A stretch of 64,000 nt of DNA, from the NCBI GenBank assembly GCA_024137785.1, contig JAHRHZ010000040.1, forward strand, positions 3,388,237 to 3,452,236, written 5' to 3'. A program made the position numbers and the translations under genes. Numbering within the stretch: the stretch's first letter is position 1; each line of letters starts with the position of its first letter. The notes beneath the pieces were generated by a model. That model was not told where the DNA came from. It worked only from the letters and a program-made list of their open reading frames with translations, and did not search any database. The DNA is from Ginglymostoma cirratum (lineage: Eukaryota). Positions 13,555 through 27,129 of the stretch are shown here, in pieces.

Positions 13555-13664
13555 GGTTCACCAGAAAACACCGGATCATCCCCCACTTGTAGTCCAGCAA
13601 AGGTGGCCGATACATCCGCGGTAGTCGATTTGTTTTCACCCCCACCCTCTGTAGCTCCAACAAA
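13555..13664 (+). CDS. SNAP91: AP180 exon, 110 nt, phase 0-2, GSPENTGSSPTCSPAKVADTSAVVDLFSPPPSVAPT
   Basis: tcttcttctag| ... CAAA|gtaagt; homologous to SSPATTVTSPNSTPAKTIDTSPPVDLF. Confidence 0.92.
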
Positions 13665-13854
13665 GTAAGTCTGCTCTGGAGTTGAAAATTTTTCTTAATA
13701 CTGGACTTTTAAAACGAGTGTAGTTACTTGTCAGCTTGAAACATATCTATTTCATTCATGTTGTATAATGAAAATATAAGGTAGGGGTTACGTATCTAAG
13801 TGGGGGAACAGAGTCCGCAGGGGGATTGTTTAAGATCTAGACACCAAATAAGGA

Positions 13855-14285
13855 TAAGAACGTATTGGAGAGTGCAGATGTGCTTTACAAGGATGGTTCC
13901 AGGGATGAGGAACTTAATTTGAGGATAGGTTGAAGAAGTTGGGGCAGCTCTGCTTGGAGAGAAGTATAAGTGGAGGTCTGAGGGAGGTTTTCAATATCAT
14001 GAGCAGGCTGGATAGAGAGACAATGTTGCCCCTCAAAAGGACAAGAGGGTGCTAATTTAAAGTGATCTGCAAAGGTGAAATGAGTAAAAACTTATTTGCT
14101 CAGCAAGTAGTTAGGGTGTGGAATGCACTTCCTAGAAGTGTGGTAGAAGCAGGTTCAGTTGAGGCATTCAAAAGGCTTTGTGATTATTTAGATCAAAGGG
14201 ATGCCCAAGGGTATGGGGAGAAAAGCAGCAGGTAATGATCCAGTGCAGGTATGATAGGTCAAGTTGCTTCCTTCTGCACTGTGAT
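13855..14285 (+). mobile_element. Decayed CR1-type LINE 3' fragment
   Basis: ggagagtgcagatgtgctttacaaggatggttccagggatgagg... gtgtggaatgcact. Confidence 0.65.
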
Positions 14286-14512
14286 TTGTTGCTATTTGTT
14301 ACTATGATTGTAAAGGTGAAACTCACCAATTTAGACAAATTCAGATTTAGTTAGGGTGCCCATCATTTAATATTTCAATTCTTTTGAAACTTCTCAATGT
14401 TAGCATACTTAATTTAGATTAACTTTAGCTGTAGTTTGAGTAAAGATTAAATTTATCCTATGCATTTAGAAATGGCGCAAATCAAGTACTTGAAAAAGAC
14501 CAGGATTGCTTG

Positions 14513-14606
14513 TGAGATAACAAGGTGTAGAGCTGGATGAACACAGCAGGCCAAGCCGCATCAGAGGAGCAGGAAGGCTGACGTTTCAGGCCTAGACCCT
14601 TCTTCA
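14513..14606 (-). mobile_element. Single-arm Penelope-like pLTR, subfamily B
   Basis: gagataacaaggtgtagagctggatgaacacagcagg...gacgtttcaggcctagacccttcttca. Confidence 0.78.
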
Positions 14607-14899
14607 TGGAAAGATTTTTGAGCAACATTTTTAATATTTTATGTTCTTTCAGTTGTTTGTAAGCAAACAGTGCATGTGGGTGTTTTTATGTTGAGTACCT
14701 TTTAACTGTGTTGTTGGAGTGCTTCGATTTGCTTTTCCCCCCACATAGTTTGAATTATTGTTTATGACTCTAAAGTTGTTTTTAAAAAGTCATAAGCAAA
14801 TGACTTGTACTTTTTTGCACATGGAGTCAACCTGTCAGTGTTATGTTTTGAATTTTTGTTAGATATTTCTGTACACTTAAGCGTCACAATTCATCTTCA

Positions 14900-15133
14900 T
14901 GTGAGGTAGATATAGGGGAGACGTCAGAGGTAGGTTCTTCCCTCCAGAGAGTGATAGGGGCGTGGAATGCATTGCTGGAGAGGGTAGTGGAGTCGGCCTC
15001 GTTTAGGGGCATTGAAACAGCTATTAGATAGGCATATGGATGATAGTACAAGGTAGGGGTGGCAGTTAGAGAGACCTTAGGTTTAGGGTAAAAGTTTGCC
15101 ACAACATCGTGCTGTACTGTTCTATGCTCTATG
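14900..15133 (+). mobile_element. 3' fragment of the same CR1 family as 10736-12018
   Basis: Similar to 11780-12018, ending tgtactgttctatgctctatg. Confidence 0.85.
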
Positions 15134-16849
15134 TAAGTTCCCACTCTCTGCAACCTAGTGTTTGTGTGTGAAACAGATACCTCATGTCACCTTTTCTCTG
15201 CTCAGTGGATAAATGACACCATTACTTTTGTTGGTCTTTTAAGTCAGCGTAGCATTTTTTGCCGCAACCTGTTTGCAAGTACATTTATTCCATTTATAGT
15301 TTAGTAAGCTACTATTCACTGCTGAACTTTGTGATTGTATACGTATGTAAGTTTGGCATGGAAAATAGCCAAGTCACTATTTTTGCATCAGTAATCAAAA
15401 ATTGATCTTTGAACTCCTCCTCTGGTAGTTTACTGCTGACTAACTAGCATTTCTATCCCATCCGAATTCATTATGGCTACAAGTGATTCTAAAACTAGGC
15501 AAAAGCTGTCAAATATAAACCTATGTTGCAGCTTTGGACTTCAGACTTATCCATCAAATGAATTATGCCATCATACCCACTTCCCTTTCACATAACAGCT
15601 GATTTAATTGTTCTCAAAACCAAAGATTTAAACTGGTTGTGAAAATTCAGTTTGCTAACAGTAAAGTTTAAAGATGCATCTTGAATTGAATGGCTTCACC
15701 CTCATTCTAATCAAAAAACAAATTTTGCCTGACCTGGCAAAATTCATTTTGATGCTTGTTAATGTTTTTAACACAGTAAGCTGTAGAAATATTACATAAG
15801 TGTTACAAAAGCTAACTAACTACAGATGCTGCGTGACTGAAACAAAAAATTCTGAAAATACTCAGCAGATCAGACAGCACCATTTTGTGAAGGGAGAAAT
15901 AGAATTGAAAAAATCTCACGTCAGTAACCTTTCATTACAACTGCTCATCTGAAATGTTTAACTGCTTCTTTTTCTCTCCATGCTTTGAGTTGAACACTCA
16001 TTGTGTTCTGCTTTTACTTAGATGGCCTCTGTTGTGAGACTCCGAGGAATCCTAAACTGTAATTCAGACTGTTGTGAAACAGAGTGCCACAGAATCCGAA
16101 ACATCGCAATTTCGTCTGTTCTGAGTTAGCTGATTAGCAATAACTAAAAGTGATCAAGTTTGAAAACCTTGAGCAACTGAGGGAATAAATAAAAGCAAAT
16201 TTCTAGTTCCTGTGTAGTGAGCCTGCTTGAAGTGTTGTGACCTTGAGTGAGAAGAAGAACAGATGCTGAAATGGCATACCTTGTGGAGGAAAACATGCTG
16301 ACTCTCTCAACAAGGCTCTCAAATTAAAAATACTATCAGAAGGCTTATTAGTCCCAAACTTGAGGCCCACCTCAGTCCAAGCTCTTGGGAATTTCAATAT
16401 TGCGCTGTTCAGAGCTGAAAACAGTGCATTGCATTTCATAATAAGAAAAATACCCAGCTAAGCAGTGGTATAGACCTGACCATGAGCTTAATTCTGTAGC
16501 AGAAATTGTAATGGGAGTCCATGCTGAAGTTTACATTGCCCATGCGTTGGAACCCTGCTGTTGCCTTGCCTTGCCTTTGCACTAATTGCTCATGCAATTA
16601 ATTCTAATTTGTCCTTGCATTCATGTGTAATTTGCATAGCTTGTTAAAGTTCATTTGTTGGAAGATTTCAGATCTAGATGTTGACTTAAAATTTGCTATT
16701 TTGGTGGTAGTGTTAATATTGTATAGATTAATGCCATTAGCTTGAGGTCATTTGGTGGGATAGAACTTGAATATTCAGAAAATTTTTATCGAAGCTTTTT
16801 GTCATCAGGACAGTTTATAGGAATAAGTAAAGAAGAAAAATAACATTCA

Positions 16850-18510
16850 AACTGAGTGGAGTGCTGCTTGGTTGGTAAACGGACTCTGGTAGCGTACTTG
16901 ATATTAGAAGCTGCAGCAATTAATGATTGAGTTGCATGGTAAAGGATTCCTTCGTGTGTTAAGACTATACAACATGTGCATATTGATAGCAGTGCAGAGC
17001 CCATGTGCTTATTTGATACTGCCAGCCTATTCATCAATGCATCAAAGAAGTCATAAATATCTGCACTGCAGCACTACCTGATGGCAGTCTAAACATGTTA
17101 CCATTACATAAATTAATTTATTAATTGTCCTTCGAACTCAGCAACCCAGGCGTTGCATTCCACTTTTAACACTTCCATGTATACCCAAATAGATGATGTA
17201 GTCATGGTATCCCCATTAGGCCCAGCTCTTGCAAACTTCTTTGTTCAATTCTGTGAAAAAGTGTCTTTGACGGGGTGACATCAAACCACCTACTACTTCC
17301 ATATTTCTGATATGTTAATGATAGGCTTGCTATATTTGAATCTGCAGCTGCATGGAAGAATTTCCTTACGTGTCTAAAAGGATTCATTTTGCACTTGAAT
17401 TCACAGCTCCCTTTCTTTAATGTTCTTGTTGAGAAATTGGCCAGGGAGTTCTTTGACTGTCTAACACAAACCTACCTTCACAGGTCACTGTACTTATTGG
17501 GATTCCTACAGATTTTTTTCCTGCAGTATAAGTTTGTTTTATAGGCAGTTCAAAATACTGTCCAAGCCACTCCCGTTTGATACAAAGTGGGTGTATCAAA
17601 GCGTCCTGATCAGATCATTTCCTGCTGTACGTCATGCATACTCATGAAAGACGCTAAGGGATTTTGAACTCCTTTCACTTTTTTAAAAAAAAAATAGTCT
17701 GTCCAGTCTACCTAAGATTACTCTGGAACGTGAAGTATCTCTAAAGTATAAGCAGTCAGTGAAGTGAACTATTTTACAATTTTACTATTCAGTAGCAATA
17801 CGAGTAGTGTTCACCAGCATGATACTGCTATCAGACCAAGTTGTGTTCTGCCTATAATACGAAGTAGTAATGTGGTGGATGAATTTTAGAGCCTGTATGC
17901 ACAAACCAGGTTTGTAGCTGTACCTTTCAAAGACTAATAGATTTTTTTTTTTCAAGCAGCGTATTCCATTTAGCAGTTAACAATAAGTAAACTTTGTACA
18001 CGATCAAACCACCTTTGCAAAACTCTGCAGTATTATTTGTGATCTGCCGTTGCACAGCATTTGATGGATAATCCCGAGTGTGGAAAGAATTAAGCTGAGG
18101 ACCAGTTTAGAATTGTCAGTCAAGTTTAGTGTGGCACACAAGTATGCACTGGAACTAGATATACTAATACAGTGTCCTGTTACTTGTAGTTCGAACGTGT
18201 ACATTCATTGCATCTATTTCAACTCCTCAAAGTAGCTACAGTCATTTACTGGTTCATTTTGAAAGGCAATGTCCTGACCAACCGCAGCCAATCTGCCTGG
18301 TTTAAGATCAAAACAAAGCTTGGCTGTTAACTGTCAGTTGTTAACTGCAACATTCTCCATGGTAACACCTCTGCCAATCAGCATTCACTTGCCAACTAGC
18401 TAATACGCTCCTTTCATGCAGTTTAAATACAGGCTTTCCCTTTTCTTTATAGTTTTGCAAATTGTCCCAATGAGTGCAAGGCAAAAAGCCATATCAAAAT
18501 GTTTTTTCTT
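16850..18510 (+). mobile_element. Decayed Penelope-like retroelement (RT, GIY-YIG and terminal region)
   Basis: Remnants: CLFDTASLFIN (about 17005), FNTSMYTQIDDVVMVSPLGPALANFFV (17165-17245; PLE QxDGxxMGSP motif), YF*YVND (17302; RYVDD), LPFL, KPTFTG, SNVVDEF (about 17866; GIY-like); many stops and frameshifts. Confidence 0.85.
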
Positions 18511-20294
18511 TCAGAGATTGTTAACTTATCTGTATTTTACTCCCAGCTTTATTTTGCTTGGATGCTTCTTTACCAAGCCTTAATTCGTATTGTTGATTAC
18601 TGCTGCAAATAAAATTGCAGGAAAGAAATCCATTGGGGTTCCTGTTGTCCTTCACAATTTTTAAATGAGAAGGAGAATTGCATAAAGGAACAACATGCAG
18701 ATGCTTGGTCCCTAAGTTGTGATGCTAACAAAAATGTAGTGGTGATGTCCACACTTGGTGTTATCCTAGTGTCCACATTTAAATGCTCACAAACTTTTAA
18801 ATATTCTTTTACACTTCCACATTGTAAGAATATCTGGGACTCTTCCCTAGGTTGATGGCTCTTCATAGCAAGGTGGCTCTTTCCAGCATTGCAAAGATTG
18901 CTTTCTATGAACTGTATTCCTCAAGCAGTTCCAGTGGCATTGCTGTTTGTGAAGGCATTCTGCTCACAGAAAACCCTGCATTTGTGAAATGGGCTATGCG
19001 AATTCTTTTGAACATAGCCAATTTAGATGGTTGATACTTCTGTGGACTGAAAATCACGTCTCTCAAATATTTGCAAGAGCTTGTTTTCAGTAGTAAAAGA
19101 AATTATTAGCTGGACAAAGTGTGGAACAAATTTGCAGCAAGACTTCCAAGATGCAGAGGGTAGTAAAGTACATCACACGACATCATAACTTCTAAGATGA
19201 AACCCATGTTCTAATTAAACAGGCATCCATTTACTTGTCCTTTCTGACTATAGCACCATCATGCTGTACCTCAGAAGCAGTGATGGTGCCCACAATATTT
19301 GAAAGTTCAGGTGAATCAGACAAAGAGGGAACCTAGCTTTCCTCTGCAGGTGGCGTTAAAGCCCCAACTGGAAATGGTAAAGCAGTGTTTGGAAGCAATA
19401 ATACATGATGTTTGTATCCTATCCTTGTCTCTATTCTGCAGATAAAGCTGATACTTAACTGATTTTTTTGCAGTACTTTGGTCAGTTTCATCCCTGTTTA
19501 AAATATCATTCGTGGAGTTCCCATGTATAGCACTTTGCTTTTCCACATTAAAATTAATCTTCCATTCCTCTGGCAACTTGTATAGTGCGACGAAAGTAGT
19601 TATGTCATTTTTGACCCACCACTACTTAATTCCTAACCTAAATAATTGAATGCCATTTGTAAATTAAATGGGTTTGCATTGAACTTGTGAATCTAACTCA
19701 ATAATAATTAGGTTTAGTATTTGGTTTTAGACATCTTACATGTATTCCTGCTGTGTATACCTAAGAATATCATTCAGCTGCTGACTTTAATGAAATAAAC
19801 AACTTTAAAGGTACATTTTTAATTCCACCCTTGTCCACACTGTTCTCTTTCTCCTCCCTGCTGCTGAATTGTACCCCCTCCCCCACCCCCAAGAAATATT
19901 TTTCAGTTTGAACACAATCGTGCTCCTGTCAGAAGCACTTCTTAGAGATAGGTGTACCCAGGTAGAAGTGGCAATTGTTGCACCCCTCTAAGATCAAGGC
20001 ATGAAAATCGCACATTAGGTAGCAGTTGAAATACTCTTAGCTTAGTGTTTCATTGGCTACCAATGATGGCCGTCACAAATGTGTTCACAATGCTGTTTTC
20101 CAGTTGGGATAATTCTTCTCAGGCACTGAACTACATGGCATTGGTGGGAAAGTTGGAAAAATGCACATTGACAATGAGGACCATCCTGCTATCAAGAGCA
20201 GAAGTCCCATTTTGCCAAACAAATGTTGAATGGCAAATGGTGAAGGTTCTTACTCGTGTGTCACGTAGCCTATTTGTATGTGTTAACATTTATT

Positions 20295-20326
20295 ATAATA
20301 ACAATAATAACAATAATAACAACAAC
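20295..20326. repeat. (AAT/AAC)n microsatellite
   Basis: ataataacaataataacaataataacaacaac. Confidence 0.9.
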
Positions 20327-21010
20327 ACCTTTCCTCACCGATGTACTGTTTCCCAGTCTCCCACAGCGGGATAGACTCTGGTGACTGATGATGGCTCGAA
20401 AGTCAAGATGGTTGCCTGGTAATTCCAGGTTGTCATGTGCTGCTCCAGATTGCCATCAACTACCAATCTTTCAGGAAATGCTCCATGAGCAGCAACTGCA
20501 CGCATACCCCATGCAGATCCCATGGGTAAAGTGGTATGACAATTTGCTTCTGCCCAATGTAAAGCAAATAAAGGACAAACTGCCAGCCCTTGACTGGGTG
20601 CACAGCTAGGCTTTTAAGATGGCACCAGTGCTTGGTATCCCAGGAGGTCCCAATAATAACCAGTATTTCCACCTGTGAGTGAGAGCATGCGCTGACCAGG
20701 GTGCCAGAAGGGCATGATGTATAGATAATGAGGCAAGTTTGGGAAGAAAACTCATTCTGGCTTGCAGAGAAAAACCCTCCACTAAACTCGTCAAAAGTGA
20801 CATATGCCGAGTCTTACTAGAAATCAAATTATTTTTAAGATATATCTATTTGAATATGACCTAAAACCATATTTAGGCCAATGTCTGCTCCAATGAAAGA
20901 GCCCAAATTATTGTTACTAGTTATTATAATTACAACTATTTTATACTAAATTTGAAAGAAGTATTTTGATAATTTTAATGATTATTAATGATTTTCTTTT
21001 CCCCTTCTAG

Positions 21011-21111
21011 TGCATCTAAATTATCCAGTGATCTTCTTGATCTACAGCCAGATTTTACATCTCCAGTGCAATCAACAGTGACTGCTAATCCACCAACCAG
21101 TGCTTGGGGAG
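21011..21111 (+). CDS. SNAP91: AP180 exon, 101 nt, phase 2-1, (N)ASKLSSDLLDLQPDFTSPVQSTVTANPPTSAWG
   Basis: ccccttctag| ... GGGGAG|gtgaga; conserved SSDLLDLQPDF and AWG. Confidence 0.95.
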
Positions 21112-22959
21112 GTGAGAATGGGGCATTGCAAGAAAGCCTTTTAACCCACAGACAAATTATCCTTAAAATGTTGTGTGGTTTCACTTTTGAGGTTATGATA
21201 ATTTGCTGGTATTGAATCCTGGTGGTTCCCTTTCCTTGCTGATACTGATTTCTGGAGAAGGTTTATATTGGAATTAGTATTGTATTGTAAGTTTCAAGTA
21301 CAATTCTTTGGTACAGGTTTTTTAAAAATCTATTTAAATACAAAATAAGACATTATAAACTGGATTTTAAGAAAAAAATGATTTATTGGGAGAAAAACTG
21401 TCTTGTGCGCATATTTGACTTTGTTTTCCTGATCATTTTTGAGTGTTTTCTCATTTGATGATTAGATCACTTTTAAAACTTTCAAGGTATACGGCAATAA
21501 TAAATAAGTTTACTATTCTTTCATATTAGTATAACTGATAGTATTAAATAAATCCAGCTTAATACGAAAACAAAATCTCACCTAATACAATAAAGGATTT
21601 TCAGCCTATTTAGTCAAATTAAATAGGCTGATAAATGAAACCCAGTATCTCCATTTCAGAGCACTTGCATTGTAACAGTGTTTCATTTTTGTTTTCTTTC
21701 TCTTGCTGAATTTCACTTGGTTTACTTGAATACATTTGGTTTGTGATTTGATAAAGCAAGGGTAGAAATAGCAAAGCTTGGAAGCAGAATACAAATTGGG
21801 AAAATGGATAAAATAGCCATCTTAAATAAAGCTCCAGTGGCAAATTCTACCATTTGGACAGTAATAAACTGTCAAATAGTATGGATTGTGATATTTAATT
21901 AGTGTCATATCACTTTAGCCATCTCTCAGGATTCTGTTTTCCCAATTTTCTGGTTAAACTGACTGCAGTTGTTGCTTAACTGATTTACAAGCTGATCTGC
22001 AATCTTGGCAGTGCTTAATATCATAGCAAAATAAAAATTGAAAAGTTAGTTGCAGTAGAATTGGCTTTAACCGTGGTGGCTTTAGCTGTAAAGTTTTCGG
22101 GATGTTCAAGAATGGTACTTCAAGAAGAAAAATGCTGACTTCACACACATCAAACCGTACCTGTTGCACGGTAAATCGTAAATGTCTTGCGTTGCTACTT
22201 GTTGCATTACTGGCTACCCTTGCTGTTGTGAAATTGTAACATACAAATGGATAAAAATCATACTCCCACACGTGGCATAGACGAGCAACCCTTCCGATGC
22301 TGTCAAAACAGAAAATTATTGATGTTGGGAACTTTATTGAGCTGGTGACAATACATTTGAAACATTATTTCACCCTGTGAAATTGTGTTAAACACGTTGA
22401 CGTGATCACATGAAGTCATTTTTGACTCTGTTACTTCAAATCTCACTACAGGCTTCTCAGCCTACCACATCTGTGCTAACCATGATGCTGCTCTATATGA
22501 ATCTCTTCTGCCTGCACAAGGCTCATGTACTTCTCTCGCCTGTTCATGTCCCTGCCTAAATGTCTCTTTTAAACGTTGCCATCATTATCTGCTTCTACCA
22601 CCTAACTGGCAATATGTTCTAAGCACCTACCATCCTCTGTGTATTTTTTTTAAAAAACCCTCTGATGAAAGAAAAGATTATTTGGGATTTCTATGTTGCC
22701 ATCTTGTTTTAAAATTTCAGGTGGTGTCAACTTGTGGTTTTATTTTGAACGGTTCTCGGTAAACTAACAAATAATCTGCAAGGATTTTGATAATTGAGTG
22801 AAAAGCATGTTGGGGTAATATTGAATGTTGCACTGTCTTTGATATGCTTGGTAAATAATTTGAACTTGGCTGTTATACATCAATTCAAGAGGAAAACTGT
22901 CCCAAAAATCTTTATTTTGTTAATGTTCTTTGAATACAAATGAAACTTTTTCTGAACTA

Positions 22960-23009
22960 TTATCTCTTTGCACTTTCTTTGCTCTGCATCATTGCAATGG
23001 ATATAACAG
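22960..23009 (+). promoter_or_regulatory. Candidate SRRM3/4-type microexon enhancer (UGC motifs before the 3' splice site)
   Basis: tctctttgcactttctttgctctgcatcattgcaatggatataacag: four TGC, with the pyrimidine tract displaced from the AG. Confidence 0.65.
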
Positions 23010-23024
23010 ACCTTTTAGGTGAAG
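23010..23024 (+). CDS. SNAP91: AP180 15-nt microexon, phase 1-1, DLLGE
   Basis: ataacag|ACCTTTTAGGTGAAG|gtgagt; supplies the DLLGE peptide expected between AWG and DSL. Confidence 0.93.
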
Positions 23025-23180
23025 GTGAGTAATTTAAGGTATTTAAATTCATTAACATTTCCAAGCAATTAACATTGTTAATGGTAACATTGTTTGGTAA
23101 ACTACATAATTGGAATTTGGCTTCAAGTGAATATTTTTCAGTTTTCTTCCCGTTCTTACTTTTTGATGCTTGTAATACAG

Positions 23181-23339
23181 ATTCTTTGACTTCTCCTGCC
23201 CTCCCTAATGCCTCTGAGGCACAACCTTCTGATCCATTTGTAGCAGACGCTTCCCTGACCACTCCTCCTACATCCGCTGATACTTCTACACCTGCTCCTG
23301 CTACTGCAGCAACAACCAGTGACCTGGATCTTTTTGGAG
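23181..23339 (+). CDS. SNAP91: AP180 exon, 159 nt, phase 1-1, DSLTSPALPNASEAQPSDPFVAD...TSDLDLFG
   Basis: taatacag| ... TTTGGAG|gtcagt; DPF and DLF motifs. Confidence 0.93.
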
Positions 23340-25002
23340 GTCAGTTCGGGTGTTTTTGCCTCTTTTCTCCATGATACAGGTGTCTCCACAATAGGAAGGA
23401 TTTTAGCTCAGGAATTAACATTTTCCACACTTTGTCGTTTTACTTGACTACAACAATTGAAAGAAATACCTTCTGGTGTCATGTTAAACTATTTGTTCAA
23501 ATTTAAATGATTGAATGTTTGGTCAAATCGGAATCAAATGATCTGAATCGTTTAATGATCTTCACAATTCTCTTACGTGAGCCCCCTTTATTTTTATTGG
23601 GCATAACGTTACATCCTCTTGTCAGTGGGTTTACAACAAAGCGGGGAGGCAGTTGCTAGGGGCCTGTAAAATTTCCCAGAAGCCTTCATGCTTCCCTCCC
23701 AGTTATTGGCTACTGAGAGGGCCGTTTTCCACTTGACCTCCATTTTTGACATTCAAAAGTTTGAGAATGTTGAAGCCTGCTGTAAGCCTTTGGTGGGAAG
23801 GCAGGTGAGGCTGCCTTACTCCAAATCCCCTCTCCCATCCCATCCCAATATGACTAACCCTACAGGTGCTTCCTATCACCACCTGGCCTTTTCAGAGAGA
23901 TCCCCACCGGTCTGTGCCATCCCTTCCCCCAGATTACGTCTGGATTTAGGGACTTCAAGTTACAGGGCTCCTGCAGTCCTATTCCTGGCCACTCCTGCTA
24001 CTGGTATTGCTAGGACAACAGAGCTCCAATTTGATTGGATGTCACTCTCAAGGTGGGTCTTGCGCTTGAGGAAAGTCTAATCTCACGATCATTAACACTC
24101 CTTTTAGAGTGATAGGGCAAATGTTACCCATTGAACAGAAGTATGTTTGAACACAGACCTTGGTATAAAGGAGAAAATCAATTTTGTTGAGATTACACTT
24201 GAGGGAGTTTGTAAAAGTATTAACTGGCTTATTAGGATTTTACTATTTTTAAAAGCTACTACTGTGGATCAATGAAACCTAGCAAACAAAAAAAAATCTG
24301 TCAGGTAGCATGTTGGGAGAGAAGCAATTTATAGGGGGAATACTAGATCCTCAATGGCTGTGTTAAAATGCATATTAAAAAATTTGAATCCCGAATCCAC
24401 ACTACCTCTGACTCTACTGGGGTTAGGACGTGATCAGGCAAACAATATCCTCACAAGAGGCAGGTTAGCATTTCAGGTATTCTAATGAGGCAGCATACTC
24501 ATGGAACTACTAGTTCCAACATAATTCTGACTGGCTGAGTTTTTTGTTTCCTTGGGAACCTAACAGTTACACAGGAGGCCAGGCTCTGAAATCCAGGAGA
24601 TAAGTGACTTTCTTCTGTGGATCCATCTATCTGCCTAATCCCAGCTTCCATGAATGCCTCTGCAAGCCATCCAATTTCTTGTTTCTCTATATTTGAATAT
24701 TGATCTGCCTCTGACCTCTGATTTCCCCTGCCTCTCTTATCCCCAGTGTTATCCAGATAAAGGTCCAATCTTCCTAGGTCTTTGCTGCTGCTTGACAGTG
24801 ACCTTGTGCTGAGGGCCTACCTGCCCAGCCCAGCCCATTCCTAACACTGGCTGGTTGCGGCTTGCCAACAGATTCAGGATTCAGTAAATCCTGCAATTAA
24901 ATTCTGCAGGATCTCTGGTACACTTGTTTTTCCAGATTCCATGCTGTTGGTCCTTTTTCAGTCTATTGATCTGAAGTATCAGGGTGTATTACATTTTGTC
25001 AC

Positions 25003-25830
25003 ACATAGAAACGTTGCAAGATTAGGCAATTCAACCCCTTGAGCCTGCTCTGCCATTCAATATGCTCATGGCTGATCACTGAGCTCAATGCTCTAATCCT
25101 GTCCTTTTTTTTTTTTCCCCCTTCTTTGTAATATCCCATTAACTGCAAGAGCTACCTCCTTTTTGAAAACGCACGATGTTTTGGCATCAACCACTCTCTG
25201 GTAATGAATTACACAGGCTGACCACTCTGAGTGAAGAAATTTCTCCTCCTTTCAGCCACCACTACTCCTCATTGGGAACATGCTTCCTGCAACTATACTA
25301 CTTAGTTCTGTTAGAATTTCATAAGTTTCTATGAGATTGCCGCCTCATTTTTCTAAATTCTAGTGAATTCAGTTCTAAAGAATGCAGTCGCTCCGCATGT
25401 CAGTCATCTCGGGAATCAATTTGGTAAAACTTTGCTGTACTCCCTCTGCAGCAAGAACATCCTTCCTGGGATAAGGAAAGCAAAACTGCACACAATATTC
25501 CAGGTGTGGTCTAACCAATGCGAGACCTTGTTGTTCCTCTTGGATTTTGTACGCTTTGGAGGTCAACATTTCGGTTTGCTTTCTTTTACTGCCTGCTGCA
25601 CCTACGTGCTTACTTTCAGTAACTAGTGCATGAGGTCACCTAGGTTTCATCGAACACTCTTCTCCCTCCCGCAACCATTTTACAGACATTCAAATAATAA
25701 TCTGCCTTCCTATTTTTGCTGCCAAAGGTGAATAACCACACATTTATGTCCGGGATACTGCATCTGCTGTGCATTTGCCCACTCATTCAGGCCATCCAAA
25801 TCACATTGTAACATCTCTGCATCCTCATCA
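25003..25830 (-). mobile_element. Decayed CR1-type LINE 3' fragment
   Basis: Minus ORF 25375-25569 contains [13 protein letters not shown]. Confidence 0.8.
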
Positions 25831-27129
25831 TGTCATCTACATCTGGATGTAAATCTAAATAATGTTTGGGTTTTATGGGAGGCATTAGAACAATATCTCA
25901 AATAGCTGTTAACTGCATGTTGTTTTGACAAAGAATTGATTAGTTGTGAGAAATGAGAAGCTTAACTTTTTTTCCCCTTTTTTTGCACAAGTACCTTGTA
26001 GGCCACTTTGGAAACATAGAAAAGAGAAACAGGAGTATGCCATTGGCCTTTTAAAGCCTGCTGTACCATTCACTATGGTCATGCAACTTAGTACCTGTTC
26101 CTGCTTTCTCCCCATCCCCTTTGATCTCTTTGGCCCACAGTACTATATCTGACTCCTCTTGAAAACATTTGATATTTACGTCTGAAGGCCATCCAGTGGT
26201 TCCTTGCTGATTTTCTCTGCCTGTTTTTTTAGTAAGGCCTATGATGTAACTTTTCCGATTAATGCTTAGTGTAGAGTCCTTTCTTAAAATTCTTTGGTGA
26301 AGACTGATTATAACAAGAATATAGTCATAATAATTATTCCAATGCATTGACATTGACTGGCCCTACTTCTATCATTGTTTAAATCATAGAATGTGTAAAC
26401 AGTAGGAAAATGCAGGTCCTGTAGCTACCATGATTTTTCTTAAACGTAATATACTTACCAAGCCTGTACAATACAGTTCTTTGCAACTGGGATGGTAAGC
26501 CATGTCAATTTTGTTGCTAAGTGTAAATTATAAAACTGGATTCAAAAGTTTGACCAGGTACACAGCTTCAGTTGTATTTTCACTAAGTATTTTTTATTCC
26601 ATTCCTGTATAAGCTAAGCATCCTGGAAGTCTTAACCTGACCATAGCTTTTACAAGTTCATGTACTAATTGCTGATATGCAAGAAATAATATTTCAAATC
26701 GAGTGTTTGTAGTTGGAACAAATCACGGCAACAAAAAGTAATATAAATATGTCTTGTGTGGTTGTTTAACGATCATAATATAACGTAATATAATGCAGGG
26801 CATTCAGTCTTAAGTAATACATAAGTCTTTAAGCAGTTCCTTTCCAATTCTGGTTTAAAACCAACCAATTGCGTTTTGTTGACTGAAAGCTATGTAATGT
26901 CCTATCGTTACTTCTATGCAAGAAGTTGAATTGAAGCTCATTCAATGGTTAAAATCTAGACACTTGTTGATGTCGTCATACTGATCTATCAGTAAAATTA
27001 ATGATGTGTTAACTGTTACCATTCCAACATGAGTTGAGTATAAAATTGCCCTTCTTTCTTCACTACTTTGGCCTATATATTGCAAACACTGTACAGTTTA
27101 CGTCCGCTACTATAAATTAGCAATAGCAG

